Source: Bacilli bacterium (GTDB lineage Bacteria > Bacillota_I > Bacilli_A > RF39 > UBA660). From it: a DNA stretch of 64,000 nt. Shown piece after piece: positions 53,980 through 63,995 of this stretch. The notes under the pieces were generated by a model that was not told the origin of the DNA, searched no databases, and saw nothing but the letters and a program-made list of their open reading frames with translations. Within the stretch, counting starts at the first letter, position 1. Each line of letters opens with the position of its first letter. The stretch covers positions 14,039 to 78,038 of the forward strand of contig JAQWBL010000003.1 in assembly GCA_028706395.1 (NCBI GenBank), in the 5' to 3' direction. Made by a program: the position numbers and the translations under genes.

Positions 53980-54615
53980 TTATTTTTGAATCGATGTTAG
54001 TTTGAAAAAATCATATAAAACTTTAGAGATTACGTCCCAATTGTATTTCAATTCATTATTGATTCTTTTGACTATTTTTCCTTTATCATCTTCAGTTTCA
54101 TTAAAACATTCATAATACAAATATTTTAATTTATCTATATCCTGAATTAATTTAATTTCATTTTTAATATACTTATCCACAATTCTTTCAAATCTTGTTT
54201 TAAAAGGATCAATTATTTCTTTACATATTATAGAATATTTAATCTCATTTTCGGGCAGGCGATCACAAACTTCTAAAACTTCGCCTTCCTCATCAAAAAG
54301 CATTTTAGACTTTAAAATACTATTTCCTTCCACATCAAATACAATCCCCAAAGCATCAAGTCCATCACTAAATATTGAAGCATAATCATATAATTCATCT
54401 TTCTTTTTAGAAAAGATTTCGGTTTTTCCTTTTATTTGACTAAGAAGGTCATCACTAATTTTTATTTGGTTTTCTCTCATTTCAATTAAATTCTTGCTAC
54501 TAATTTTTATAAGAGGAATCCTTCTAATATGAATAATATTATCATTTAGATTCCATTCATAACACTCATACAACTCGTTATTATAATTTAGTAAAACATC
54601 ATATATATAATTCAT
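53980..54615 (-). CDS. conserved-looking hypothetical protein (211 aa)
   Basis: Start at ATG 54613-54615 (MNYIYDVLLNYNNELYECYEW) with SD AGGAGGAG. No family name recalled with confidence. Confidence 0.6.
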   Translation of the reverse strand: MNYIYDVLLNYNNELYECYEWNLNDNIIHIRRIPLIKISSKNLIEMRENQIKISDDLLSQIKGKTEIFSKKKDELYDYASIFSDGLDALGIVFDVEGNSILKSKMLFDEEGEVLEVCDRLPENEIKYSIICKEIIDPFKTRFERIVDKYIKNEIKLIQDIDKLKYLYYECFNETEDDKGKIVKRINNELKYNWDVISKVLYDFFKLTSIQK

Positions 54616-54823
54616 TTTTTTCTCCTCCTGGTATATAAATACTTGCAAATATAATGATTAGACCAATAACTGCATAAAAACATTCAATTCTTCTAATAAT
54701 AAAATTAACATATTCATAAAAATTATACCCAATTGTCATCAAATTTAAATAACTAATAATATATACACAACCAATAATCGTTAGACCAAACCCTAATAAG
54801 AAAAAAAAGATTCTCGCAAACAT
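54599..54823 (-). CDS. hypothetical 74-aa two-TM membrane protein
   Basis: ORF track. SD AATAGGTGG upstream. Overlaps the downstream gene by 17 nt. Confidence 0.5.
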   Translation of the reverse strand: MFARIFFFLLGFGLTIIGCVYIISYLNLMTIGYNFYEYVNFIIRRIECFYAVIGLIIIFASIYIPGGEKNELYI

Positions 54824-54928
54824 TTTACCACCTATTAAATTATAAACTTATCATTTTTTTTAATGACTATTTTAAGAATATTTCATTGACAAATAGTCAA
54901 TATTATTAGTAAATAACAATAAAAACGG

Positions 54929-54957
54929 TTGACAATTGATGTCGTAAATTGTAATAT
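54929..54957 (+). promoter_or_regulatory. sigma-A promoter of the UPF0316 gene
   Basis: TTGACA (54929-54934), 17 nt, TAATAT (54952-54957). Confidence 0.55.
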
Positions 54958-55011
54958 TAGAGTGCAATTATTTTAGTTTAATAGCTCGCAAGATTATAAA
55001 GGAGGTGTATC

Positions 55012-55536
55012 ATGGCTTTAGCCCTATTAGCAGCAAAAATATTTTTTGTAAGAATACTAGATGTTTCTATGGGAACAGTTAGAATGATATTATTAGTTAA
55101 AGGACGAAAGGTAATCGCCAGTGTAGTTGGATTTGTTGAAATCGCTATTTGGTTCACCGTCGTTAAAGAAGCAATCAATACCGATGTAACAAGTATTTGG
55201 ATTGTTATTGCTTATGCTGGTGGATTTGCAATCGGTACATTAATAGGAAGTATCTTATCAGAAAAATTTATTAAAGGTAGTTTAAATGTTCAAATAATAA
55301 CAAGTAAAAATGATAAAGTAGCAGATGCATTAAGAGAAAATGGTTATGCTGTATCAGTTTTAGATATTAAAGGTAAAGATGATACTAAACCAAAGTATAT
55401 GCTAATCATGGAAGTTGATAAAAATCACTTCAATCATTTAAGAACATTAATTAAAGAATTAGATAGTAAGGCATTTATTGTTGTAAATGAAACTAAATAT
55501 GTTCAAAATGGTTACTTTAGAGATGCCGTAAAATAA
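55012..55536 (+). CDS. UPF0316 / DUF2179-domain membrane protein
   Basis: 174 aa. FFVRILDVSMGTVRMILLVKGRK and a C-terminal DUF2179-like domain (YAVSVLDIKGKD). Confidence 0.8.
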   Translation: MALALLAAKIFFVRILDVSMGTVRMILLVKGRKVIASVVGFVEIAIWFTVVKEAINTDVTSIWIVIAYAGGFAIGTLIGSILSEKFIKGSLNVQIITSKNDKVADALRENGYAVSVLDIKGKDDTKPKYMLIMEVDKNHFNHLRTLIKELDSKAFIVVNETKYVQNGYFRDAVK

Positions 55537-55537
55537 A

Positions 55538-55562
55538 AAAGAAACAATATTATTGTTTCTTT
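55538..55562. terminator. bidirectional terminator
   Basis: AAAGAAACAATA / TATTGTTTCTTT near-perfect palindrome. Overlaps the ltaS-like stop. Confidence 0.75.
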
Positions 55563-57538
55563 TAATTTTCAGGAAAACGATATTTAAAATAATCAGTATC
55601 TAAAGTTTGTTGGGAAGCAGAAAAATAATTATTAACCCTTTGATTTGTTTTAGAAATATAATCGTCATCTACTTCTTCTAGTAACTTATAAGTTCCATCT
55701 CCTGAATAATACATAACCTTGTCAGTTATCCAACTACCTGTTGTAAAAATAACTATCGTTTCTTCTTCAGAAAATAAATCTTTTCCAACATAATATCTTG
55801 GATCATAATCCAAATCAAATAAATTGGCAATTGTTGGTAAAATATCAAAAGTACTTGCTGTTTTACTGATTAATTGTGGTTCCATTCCACTATTATAAAT
55901 AATAAATGGTAGCTTATCGATATTGAAATCCTCAAGTCGATTAATTGGTGAAGCTTCATTTAAATATTTATATTCCATATTTAATGGGTGATGGTCCCCA
56001 AAAAGAACTAACACAGTATCTTCTAAAATACCTTTTTCTTTAAGGGTATCTAATAAATATTCTAATGAAAGATCAAGTTCAATTGCTTTAGCCATATATC
56101 TTTTTATTTTAATATTATAAGGTAAATCTTTAACTTTAGACCAATGATCTAATACAACTCCAACATGACCATCTTCATCATACGGGAAATGGGTAGTTGA
56201 AGTAATAATAAAACTAAAAAATTTCTCTTCGTCAATAAAATGTGGAACAGCCTCTTTCATCAAATTTAAATCACTTGGCCATCCCCAGATCCTTTTAATA
56301 TCTAAATCATCATCATTATAAAATTTTATTGAACCCATATTTTTATGCAACACTGTCCTATCATAAAATTTATCAGAGTAATTATGATATGAAGTACTAT
56401 AATAATTTTGATCATTGAACAATTTAAAAATAGAAGTACTATAATCATTGTTTTTATATGAATTAGGCGTACAAACAGTTGAACTAGGTATAATTGATGT
56501 AAGCCCAATATATTCACTCTCACCTGTTGTGCAGCTATATTTAGGAGCATAATAATTATCAAAACTAATTCCTTCATTGTATAACTTATACAAAGTTGGA
56601 GTTAATTCTTTATTGATAGCAATCATATCAAAAGCCTCAACCATAATATAAATTAGATTCTTATCTTTAAAAATACCCGTCATCTCATTTTTCGGAGTAA
56701 TAGATTGATTAATATAAAAATCATGAAGATTTTTTATCTTACTACTAGTTTCATTTTTGATTAATTCCTTCCAAACCGTATCATCAATATGTCTAGTATA
56801 ATCAGTAACAACCGGTGGTTTTGGTTCAGGTTTGTCAATAATAATTAAATCGGTTTCCTTCTTTTGAAAAATAAAAATAATATCTCTAACTAAAAACCTA
56901 TTCGTACCAAATTGTTTTAGTGACAATTCTAAAAGAGTAGGATTTCGATACAATATTTTACTTTCTTTTATTTGATTTGGATTTTGGAAAAAATCAATAT
57001 ATAAAGTTGATAAGGATAATAGATGAACTATAACAATAAATAATAATCTTCTTATATTTTCTTTATAATTTGGTTTCTCGTAAACAAGTACATCTTTAGT
57101 AAATATGTATATAATAATAAGTAATAAAGCTGGCAATAAACATAGGTAATAAATCGGTTTTATATAAAGTAAAAAGCTTTTTATCTGTTCTGTTATTCTC
57201 CCTAAACCATCTCCAGCAGCATTAAATGACATATAATTTCCCATAAAATTATAAAAGTTTAGTTGCACTAAAGCATAAATACCAGAAAATAGAACAGATA
57301 CCAATATAGTTGTTTTAGCTAACTTTTCTTTTAAAAATGAACAAGCAAAAGCAATAATTGTGCTTGCAACAATTGTGAATAAAACAATTCTTATAAATTC
57401 AACACTATAAATACTTCGGAATGCAATATACCTAAAAACAATTTCAATATACAATAAACTAATAAATAAAATGAAAAAGATTTTTAGAAAATAATTAGTC
57501 TTTTTTAACTTTCCATCAATTTCGATTACTTCGACCAT
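55562..57538 (-). CDS. LtaS-family lipoteichoic acid synthase / phosphoglycerol transferase (5 TM + sulfatase domain)
   Basis: 658 aa. N-terminal polytopic region, then sulfatase-type motifs: MVEAFD, CTTGESEY, LFGDHHP. Confidence 0.85.
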   Translation of the reverse strand: MVEVIEIDGKLKKTNYFLKIFFILFISLLYIEIVFRYIAFRSIYSVEFIRIVLFTIVASTIIAFACSFLKEKLAKTTILVSVLFSGIYALVQLNFYNFMGNYMSFNAAGDGLGRITEQIKSFLLYIKPIYYLCLLPALLLIIIYIFTKDVLVYEKPNYKENIRRLLFIVIVHLLSLSTLYIDFFQNPNQIKESKILYRNPTLLELSLKQFGTNRFLVRDIIFIFQKKETDLIIIDKPEPKPPVVTDYTRHIDDTVWKELIKNETSSKIKNLHDFYINQSITPKNEMTGIFKDKNLIYIMVEAFDMIAINKELTPTLYKLYNEGISFDNYYAPKYSCTTGESEYIGLTSIIPSSTVCTPNSYKNNDYSTSIFKLFNDQNYYSTSYHNYSDKFYDRTVLHKNMGSIKFYNDDDLDIKRIWGWPSDLNLMKEAVPHFIDEEKFFSFIITSTTHFPYDEDGHVGVVLDHWSKVKDLPYNIKIKRYMAKAIELDLSLEYLLDTLKEKGILEDTVLVLFGDHHPLNMEYKYLNEASPINRLEDFNIDKLPFIIYNSGMEPQLISKTASTFDILPTIANLFDLDYDPRYYVGKDLFSEEETIVIFTTGSWITDKVMYYSGDGTYKLLEEVDDDYISKTNQRVNNYFSASQQTLDTDYFKYRFPEN

Positions 57539-57694
57539 ATGAACACCTTCTATATCACATTATATCATATTATGTGATAAAATTACCCTATTTATAAAAT
57601 TAAATAATCAATTTATTCATATTTAGGTATTAGTTAACACTCTTTTAATTTTCGTGAATATCTTATTAGTGAAATGAATGAAAGGGTGAATTTT

Positions 57695-58132
57695 ATGTGT
57701 GATAACAAAAAAGATAGTTGCAATTGTATTTCTGAAATACTTAAAGTAATTTTACTTTTACAACAAAACAGTACTGATGATGAAGCTTGCTTAGAAACTT
57801 GTGATAAAGGATTTTTAGGTAATAATGTTGTTTGTCCAAAATACAACACTAGACCAATAATGCTTTTCACAGCATGCGGTAACGGGACTCCTTGGTCAAT
57901 GCCTACAACAAGAGGTGTTGATTCAGTTGAAGATTTAACTTCTAAAACATCTACTGTTTTCCGTATTGAGAAGTTAGATGGATGCTGTGCAACATTTAGA
58001 GTTTTAGAAGCTTGTCCTAGAGGGGCTGAAAAAGGTTCAACAACTTTTAGAGCTACTAATTCCTTCTTTACAATTGATTTAACTTGTGTGTGCGCAATAA
58101 AATGTTTAGATGATACAGTCGTTGATTTATAA
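57695..58132 (+). CDS. spore coat/crust protein of the CotY/CotZ/ExsY family
   Basis: Start at ATG 57695 (MCDNKKDSCNC) with SD AAAGGGTG. NTRPIMLFT, TVFRIEKLDGCCATFRVL and IDLTCVCAIKCL parallel B. subtilis CotZ. Confidence 0.8.
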   Translation: MCDNKKDSCNCISEILKVILLLQQNSTDDEACLETCDKGFLGNNVVCPKYNTRPIMLFTACGNGTPWSMPTTRGVDSVEDLTSKTSTVFRIEKLDGCCATFRVLEACPRGAEKGSTTFRATNSFFTIDLTCVCAIKCLDDTVVDL

Positions 58133-58137
58133 AAAGA

Positions 58138-58166
58138 AATAGGTTTACTTAGGTAAACCTATTTTT
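58138..58166. terminator. bidirectional terminator
   Basis: AATAGGTTTAC-ttag-GTAAACCTATT, perfect 11-bp stem plus T-run. Confidence 0.8.
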
Positions 58167-58491
58167 AATTTGAAAAATCAATATCTAATATTTCATTAAT
58201 TGGAATCAATTCATTTTCAATCGTTATAATATGAGTATTGTTCTTACCAATTATTTGTCTGTTAATTATACCATTATTTAATTTAATCGCAACATTTGCC
58301 TTATAAACATATCCAGGCGAATTAAATATAGCATTTATTTTTTGATTAACATCCATATTATTTTTTTGAATTATTGGCTTTTTAGTGGTTTCAAAATTGC
58401 GGTTTTCACTCAATCCATAACTCACCTTTTCATTATTTGTAAGCACTTTATCGACCTTGTTAACAAAGACTTTAGGTAGTTTTTTGTTCAT
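58165..58491 (-). CDS. hypothetical protein (108 aa), convergent with the cotY/Z-like gene
   Basis: ORF track, SD AGGAGG. No family recognised. Confidence 0.5.
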   Translation of the reverse strand: MNKKLPKVFVNKVDKVLTNNEKVSYGLSENRNFETTKKPIIQKNNMDVNQKINAIFNSPGYVYKANVAIKLNNGIINRQIIGKNNTHIITIENELIPINEILDIDFSN

Positions 58492-58537
58492 ATAAAATAC
58501 CTCCTAAATAATTGTATGCCTCCTTTACTAAAGTAGA

Positions 58538-59374
58538 CTATTTAGAAAATCTTTTATCAAAACTTCTGGAACTAGTAAAACCAATAAATAATAGAAAAAT
58601 TCCAATTATAACATCAATCGTAGAATAATTACTTTTAAACGTTTGAATAATCATTAAAAAAACTGATGATAGTGCAAGAGCGGCAATGACAAAATAAGTT
58701 TTTACTTTGTGGTTTGTCAATAAGTATTTAATTAAACTGATAAAAACTATTCCACCAATTATAAGACCAACTATAAAAGGGATGATTAATTTTAAATTAT
58801 TAATTATTAAATTAAGGTTACCTAGATTACTAAATAAATCTAGTAAAATATTATATAAACCTAAAATCATCATAATGGCAGTTCCGCTAATACCAGGAAT
58901 AATCATTGTTGCCGCTTCAATAATGCCGATAGTAAACAATAATACAAATCCCTTCAAACCATTACCAAGTATAATTTGATTATTCGTATCAATAAATGAC
59001 AATGATGTTACTAGCAACAAAAGGAAAGTAAATAACATTATATTTTTCTTATTATAATTACCTTTAACTTCGTTAAAAATTGAAGGAATTCCGCCTAGTA
59101 TTAATCCTACAAAAAAACAAATAATTATAAAATAATAGTTTAAAAGTAGAATCTTAATTAATTTACTCATTAATACTATCGCCAATAAGATCCCACTACC
59201 AATAGTAATTAAAAACTTAGCATTTCCTTTTATATTGTCAAAAAAATGGTAAAGAGAATCTATCGTTTTTTCATATAATCCCATTACCATCATAATCATT
59301 GAACCACTTAATCCCGGAATTATCTTTCCAATTCCAATTATAACTCCTTTTAAAAATAATATTAAATTTTCCAT
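58538..59374 (-). CDS. DUF368 family membrane protein (family reported as polyprenyl-phosphate transporter PopT)
   Basis: GKIIPGLSGSMIMMVMGLYEKTI and IIPGISGTAIMMILGLY duplicated motif. ATG at 59372-59374 with SD AGGGG. Confidence 0.85.
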   Translation of the reverse strand: MENLILFLKGVIIGIGKIIPGLSGSMIMMVMGLYEKTIDSLYHFFDNIKGNAKFLITIGSGILLAIVLMSKLIKILLLNYYFIIICFFVGLILGGIPSIFNEVKGNYNKKNIMLFTFLLLLVTSLSFIDTNNQIILGNGLKGFVLLFTIGIIEAATMIIPGISGTAIMMILGLYNILLDLFSNLGNLNLIINNLKLIIPFIVGLIIGGIVFISLIKYLLTNHKVKTYFVIAALALSSVFLMIIQTFKSNYSTIDVIIGIFLLFIGFTSSRSFDKRFSK

Positions 59375-59421
59375 ATACAAGCCCCTAACATATTAAACAA
59401 TATGATAGAATTTCGCTTTTA

Positions 59422-60432
59422 TTATGAAAAATAATCAATTTTCATATTTTTTCGAACACGTTTCATAACTTCTTCTGCTTTTTCTAAAGCTTTTGCCGTT
59501 CCTGTTCGTAATATTTCATCAATCAATTCTGGACGATCTTCGTAATATTTTCGTCTTTCTTGCATTGGTTTTAAAAATTCAATCATGTTTTTAATAAGTT
59601 CCTTTTTACATGATACACAGCCTCTACTACCATTTCTACATTCTTTATTAATTGTTTCTAAACTATCATTACTTACCAATTTATGATAATAATAAACCAT
59701 GCAATTATCAGGGTTTCCCTTGTCATCCTTTTTTATCTTATTAGTATCAGTTCTCGCGCTCATAATCTTTTTAGAAATGGTCTCTTCATCATCATTCAAA
59801 TATATAGCATTACCTAAACTTTTCCCCATTTTTTCATTTCCGTCAAGTCCCTTAATACGAGAATTCGCACCAACCATATAGTCCGGTTCAACTAATGTAT
59901 CACCATATATTTTATTAAACTTTCTAACAATCTCTTTAGTTTGTTCAATTAAAGGAATTTGATCTTCTCCAACGGGAACAAGAGCTCCATCAAAAGCCGT
60001 AATATCAGCTGCTTGACTAACTGGATAACCCAAAAATCCATAAGTAACACTTTCTCCACCACTACCAAATAAATGTTGTTTTTGGCCTATTTCCGTTTTA
60101 ATTGTTGGATTACGATATAATCTAGAAACAGTTACTAAATTTGAATAAAACACTGTCAACTCAGCAATTTGAGGTATCATCGACTGAATAAAAATAGTTG
60201 TTTTTTTAGGATCGATACCTGCTGCAATATTGTCTAAAACAACTTCTCTAACATTTTTTCTTACCTTATCAGGATTCTCAAAGTTATCAGTAAGCGCTTG
60301 AACATCAGCAATAATAATATATGTATTATATTCATCTTGCAACATAGCGCGTTGTTTTAATGACCCAAAATAATGTCCCAAATGTAAACGACCAGTTGGT
60401 CTATCTCCTGTTAATATATTTTTTTTATTCAT
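59422..60432 (-). CDS. trpS: tryptophan--tRNA ligase
   Basis: TGRLHLGHY (HIGH), KMGKS (KMSKS). SD GGAGG lies immediately after the stop of the upstream patatin gene. Confidence 0.95.
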   Translation of the reverse strand: MNKKNILTGDRPTGRLHLGHYFGSLKQRAMLQDEYNTYIIIADVQALTDNFENPDKVRKNVREVVLDNIAAGIDPKKTTIFIQSMIPQIAELTVFYSNLVTVSRLYRNPTIKTEIGQKQHLFGSGGESVTYGFLGYPVSQAADITAFDGALVPVGEDQIPLIEQTKEIVRKFNKIYGDTLVEPDYMVGANSRIKGLDGNEKMGKSLGNAIYLNDDEETISKKIMSARTDTNKIKKDDKGNPDNCMVYYYHKLVSNDSLETINKECRNGSRGCVSCKKELIKNMIEFLKPMQERRKYYEDRPELIDEILRTGTAKALEKAEEVMKRVRKNMKIDYFS

Positions 60433-60442
60433 ATTATCCTCC

Positions 60443-61717
60443 TTATTTGTTACAAATTGTATAAATGTATAATGCCGCTAAAACATCCCTTTCAAAGAAT
60501 CGTGCAAGAGTGCATAATTCTTTTTTTATTTTAGGATTATTATGCATTATTTCCATTTTACTATATAAATATTTAATAAAGTAGCTTTTATCAGCTAACT
60601 TTATAGTCTCTTTATTTTTTATTTTCTTTTCAATTAAGTCAATATTAAAATTTTCATAATTATTAATTGCTTCAATTAATGATTTATTATAGATACTAAT
60701 ATGATAAATTAAACTATCATTTAACTTAAACATTTCACCTAAATATTCCATTATATCCAGCATTATTTTCTGACTAGTTTTTATTCTATCATTAATAATT
60801 GCCGAAATTTTATTTTTTTTCAAAATTTCTTCTGTTAACCTCTTGTTTTTACCATTTAAATCAGCCATGTTTAGTAAATTAGATTTTAAAGTTTGATGGT
60901 ATTGATTAAAATTCTTTTCAACGTGATTTAATCTAAACGTATATTTTTGACCATCTAATCTTTTAAATGTTTTCATAGCATCATTATAACCTAATTTAAT
61001 ACTACGTCGTGTGAAATTACTATCAAACAACAAAAATGAATCTAGTTTATTACGAGGTACTATATAAGTAATTGGAATATCTTTTTCTTTAATCTTATGA
61101 GTTATTCCAAATGAATTTAAATCAACAGCAATAATTGAGGTAGCCCCCATATCTATAGCTTGATTGATTGGTAATTTTTCATAATAAGCTCCATCAATAA
61201 ACAAATCATCGTCAATATTTTTCATTTTAAAAGCGGGAAAGCAAGTTGCTGATGCCATTAAATAATCTTTTAATTGATGTGGAGAAATATCTTTCTTTTG
61301 TAATACTACTGGTTTAAAACTAGATAAATTAACAGTAACCAAACCATAATCAATATTTGATTTATAAAATTTTTTGTGATTTAAATATTTATCCATTGTA
61401 TTTTCTAATTGAGTAACATCCATTCCTCCACGAAGAATAATATTAGACATATATTTTTTAAAAACTTCAACCTTACCTTTAAAGGTTAGAAGATCACTAT
61501 CCATTGGTTCACTAAATAACAAACTAAAATTAAGGTTATACCACATGCTTCTAGCCTTAAAGTATTCTTTTTGAACCATTAAAGCTCCATTTAAGGCTCC
61601 AACTGAGGTTCCTGTAACAATATCATATTTAATATTCAGCTTACGAAGAGCACGCCAAACACCAACTTGGTATGCTCCTCTGGCTCCACCACCGGACAAA
61701 ACAATTGCTCTTTTCAT
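60443..61717 (-). CDS. patatin-like phospholipase with extended C-terminal helical domain
   Basis: LSGGGARGAYQVG (oxyanion), GTSVGA (GxSxG), FIDGAY (Asp dyad). Confidence 0.85.
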   Translation of the reverse strand: MKRAIVLSGGGARGAYQVGVWRALRKLNIKYDIVTGTSVGALNGALMVQKEYFKARSMWYNLNFSLLFSEPMDSDLLTFKGKVEVFKKYMSNIILRGGMDVTQLENTMDKYLNHKKFYKSNIDYGLVTVNLSSFKPVVLQKKDISPHQLKDYLMASATCFPAFKMKNIDDDLFIDGAYYEKLPINQAIDMGATSIIAVDLNSFGITHKIKEKDIPITYIVPRNKLDSFLLFDSNFTRRSIKLGYNDAMKTFKRLDGQKYTFRLNHVEKNFNQYHQTLKSNLLNMADLNGKNKRLTEEILKKNKISAIINDRIKTSQKIMLDIMEYLGEMFKLNDSLIYHISIYNKSLIEAINNYENFNIDLIEKKIKNKETIKLADKSYFIKYLYSKMEIMHNNPKIKKELCTLARFFERDVLAALYIYTICNK

Positions 61718-61793
61718 CTTTCCACCCGCTTTAAATATAACTTTATTATATCACTAATGCCTTATTTTTCATAGTATATTAAAGTCTACTCAC

Positions 61794-61831
61794 TAAAAAA
61801 ATAAATAGTAACTTTTAAAAGTACTATTTAT
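61794..61831 (-). terminator. intrinsic terminator after the 243-aa membrane protein gene
   Basis: ATAAATAGTA / TACTATTTAT, 10-bp stem including the stop codon. T-run on the minus strand. Confidence 0.65.
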
Positions 61832-62555
61832 TTTTAACCTTTGGTTCGTATTTAACATATTCATAATAAATAGGTGCGATTTTAAATGTCAAGATAAGGG
61901 CGAAAACAACAGCAAAACCGCACATGATTGATTCAACAGCAACTCTCGTTGCAGGAATAACAATATAGACAAAAGTAAGTGGTAAAATAAATGATAAATA
62001 TCCTATTATAAACCATTTAAGGGCTTCTTTGATTTTACTTTTATTTTCCTCATTTTTAATACCCTTAAGTGATTCCCAAATCCCAATAAGTAAGAATCCA
62101 AAGTAATAATAACCATAAAACCCCATAATTGATGAATCAACATCAAAGATAATATAATTCCCACCACATGTGGCATTTTGAACAGCGCTAGGTACAAATG
62201 CAAATACCATCGCCGTTGCAATCGCCATTACACTTCCTATTTTAAATAAATAAGATTTTTTATTCAACCTACTTATTAAATAAATTCCTAACACTGGTAA
62301 AAAGGTAATCGCCACGAGTCCAATTCTAGACCATATTAGCAAATCCTTACCATCACATATTTGATACTCAGATAATTGGAAAACAGCTAAGAATACTAAC
62401 GTAGCAACGATTGCCATATCTGACTTCTTCTCTCTACTCTTAAAAAATGAATAAATTGCTAAACTAATTTCAATAATAAACGTAACAATCATTACTTCTG
62501 GTGAGAAACAATATAACTTTGTCCTCTTTTTATTTTTTTCAAACATACTTTTCAC
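61824..62555 (-). CDS. hypothetical polytopic membrane protein (about 7 TM)
   Basis: 243 aa, ORF track. No family recognised. Confidence 0.6.
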   Translation of the reverse strand: MKSMFEKNKKRTKLYCFSPEVMIVTFIIEISLAIYSFFKSREKKSDMAIVATLVFLAVFQLSEYQICDGKDLLIWSRIGLVAITFLPVLGIYLISRLNKKSYLFKIGSVMAIATAMVFAFVPSAVQNATCGGNYIIFDVDSSIMGFYGYYYFGFLLIGIWESLKGIKNEENKSKIKEALKWFIIGYLSFILPLTFVYIVIPATRVAVESIMCGFAVVFALILTFKIAPIYYEYVKYEPKVKNK

Positions 62556-62578
62556 AAAACACTCCCTACAACTAATTT

Positions 62579-63583
62579 CTAATGTAATACATCAGTTGGC
62601 TTAGCTTTTAATATATCATCAAAGCGTCGTCCCATTTTATAAGCATAATATCCTGCAGCTCCAATCATAGCCGCATTATCAGTACAATAATTGATATTTG
62701 GTATTAATAAATTTATATTATTTTCATTACATAATTCAGTTAATCTATCTCGAAGCCCTTTATTAGCTGCCACTCCCCCAGCAACAATTAAATTGGTAAC
62801 ATCATATTTTTTTAAAGCTCGCATTGTTTTTTTAGTTAATATTTCAACAACTCGGTTTTGAAACGAAGTAGCCATATTTTCAATATTTATTTTGTTACCA
62901 CGCTGTTTTTCATTATGAGCCATGTTAATAACCGCACTTTTAAGACCACTAAAACTAAAATTAAATGATGTATCATCCATTGGTAACGGAAGATCATAAG
63001 TATCCTTGCCAGTGAATGCCAGTTTATCGATAACTGGTCCACCGGGGTAACTAAGTCCAAGAACACGGGCTACCTTATCATATGCCTCACCAACAGCATC
63101 GTCTACTGTACCACCAATATATTTAAATGAATAATCTTCTTCCATAAGTATTAATTCAGTGTGCCCACCGCTTACCACAAGTGCGATTAACGGGAATTCT
63201 AGCGGTTTTACCAAATTATTAGCATATATGTGTCCTGCGATGTGATGAACCGGAACAAACGGTTTATTGTAGATAAAAGCAAGGGTTTTGGCGGCTACGA
63301 GACCGATTAGTAAAGATCCTATCAATCCTGGACCATAAGTAACCGCAATAGCATCAATTTCTTCAATCTTCATATTAGCCTTTTCCAATACTTCTTCAAT
63401 GACGATGGTAATATTTTCAATATGGGCGCGACTTGCCGTTTCCGGAACTACTCCACCAAACTTAGAATGAATATCTATTTGTGATAATACAACCGTTGCA
63501 ATTTCAGTATGACCATCTTTAATTATTGAAACACTTGTTTCATCACAACTAGTTTCAAATGCTAAAATATATTTACTATTCAT
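62579..63583 (-). CDS. tsaD: tRNA N6-adenosine threonylcarbamoyltransferase TsaD
   Basis: [24 protein letters not shown]. Confidence 0.95.
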   Translation of the reverse strand: MNSKYILAFETSCDETSVSIIKDGHTEIATVVLSQIDIHSKFGGVVPETASRAHIENITIVIEEVLEKANMKIEEIDAIAVTYGPGLIGSLLIGLVAAKTLAFIYNKPFVPVHHIAGHIYANNLVKPLEFPLIALVVSGGHTELILMEEDYSFKYIGGTVDDAVGEAYDKVARVLGLSYPGGPVIDKLAFTGKDTYDLPLPMDDTSFNFSFSGLKSAVINMAHNEKQRGNKINIENMATSFQNRVVEILTKKTMRALKKYDVTNLIVAGGVAANKGLRDRLTELCNENNINLLIPNINYCTDNAAMIGAAGYYAYKMGRRFDDILKAKPTDVLH

Positions 63584-63995
63584 TCATATCACCTCGCATA
63601 TAAATTATGGCATCTTCATCACCATAATATTTTTTTCTTATCAATAACTTTTTAAATTGAAATTTTTCATACATTTTTATAGCAGCAAAATTACTAGCTC
63701 GAACTTCTAATGAAATATTAAAATTTTCATTATTATTTTCAATTACATAATTGACTAATTTGGAACCTATCTTCATATGTCGATAATCTGGTAACACATA
63801 AATATAATCAATTTCTATTCGATCATAAATTACCGAATACTTGAGAATCGCAACTATCAAATCATTAACTACATATTTAATGTAATTATAAAAGGGATGT
63901 TCTAATAATTCATTAGTTACAACTTCATGTTCATCAATATTTTTTATTATTTGATTATAAGTAATTAAATCATTACTATTTATCTTTTGAATCAT
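63576..63995 (-). CDS. rimI: GNAT acetyltransferase, likely ribosomal-protein-alanine acetyltransferase RimI
   Basis: 139 aa. [24 protein letters not shown]. Overlaps tsaD by 8 nt as in tsaB-rimI-tsaD clusters. Confidence 0.75.
   Translation of the reverse strand: MIQKINSNDLITYNQIIKNIDEHEVVTNELLEHPFYNYIKYVVNDLIVAILKYSVIYDRIEIDYIYVLPDYRHMKIGSKLVNYVIENNNENFNISLEVRASNFAAIKMYEKFQFKKLLIRKKYYGDEDAIIYMRGDMNE

Noticed and set aside
54978-59881. Track ORFs 54978..55178, 56326..56577, 57634..57870, 58707..58979 and 59699..59881
   Set aside because: 54978..55178, 57634..57870, 58707..58979 and 59699..59881 are antisense to better-supported genes (UPF0316, cotY/Z-like, DUF368, trpS). 56326..56577 lies on the same strand as the ltaS-like gene but in an alternative frame. 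None shows independent signals.
60443-61717. Patatin gene as a CBASS-type effector
   Set aside because: No CD-NTase/cyclase, SAVED/STING-type sensor or other CBASS component is adjacent. The neighbours are trpS and a membrane protein.
62006-62221. 71-aa minus-strand ORF inside the 243-aa membrane protein gene
   Set aside because: It is an alternative frame of a longer ORF with coherent TM periodicity, and it has no SD.
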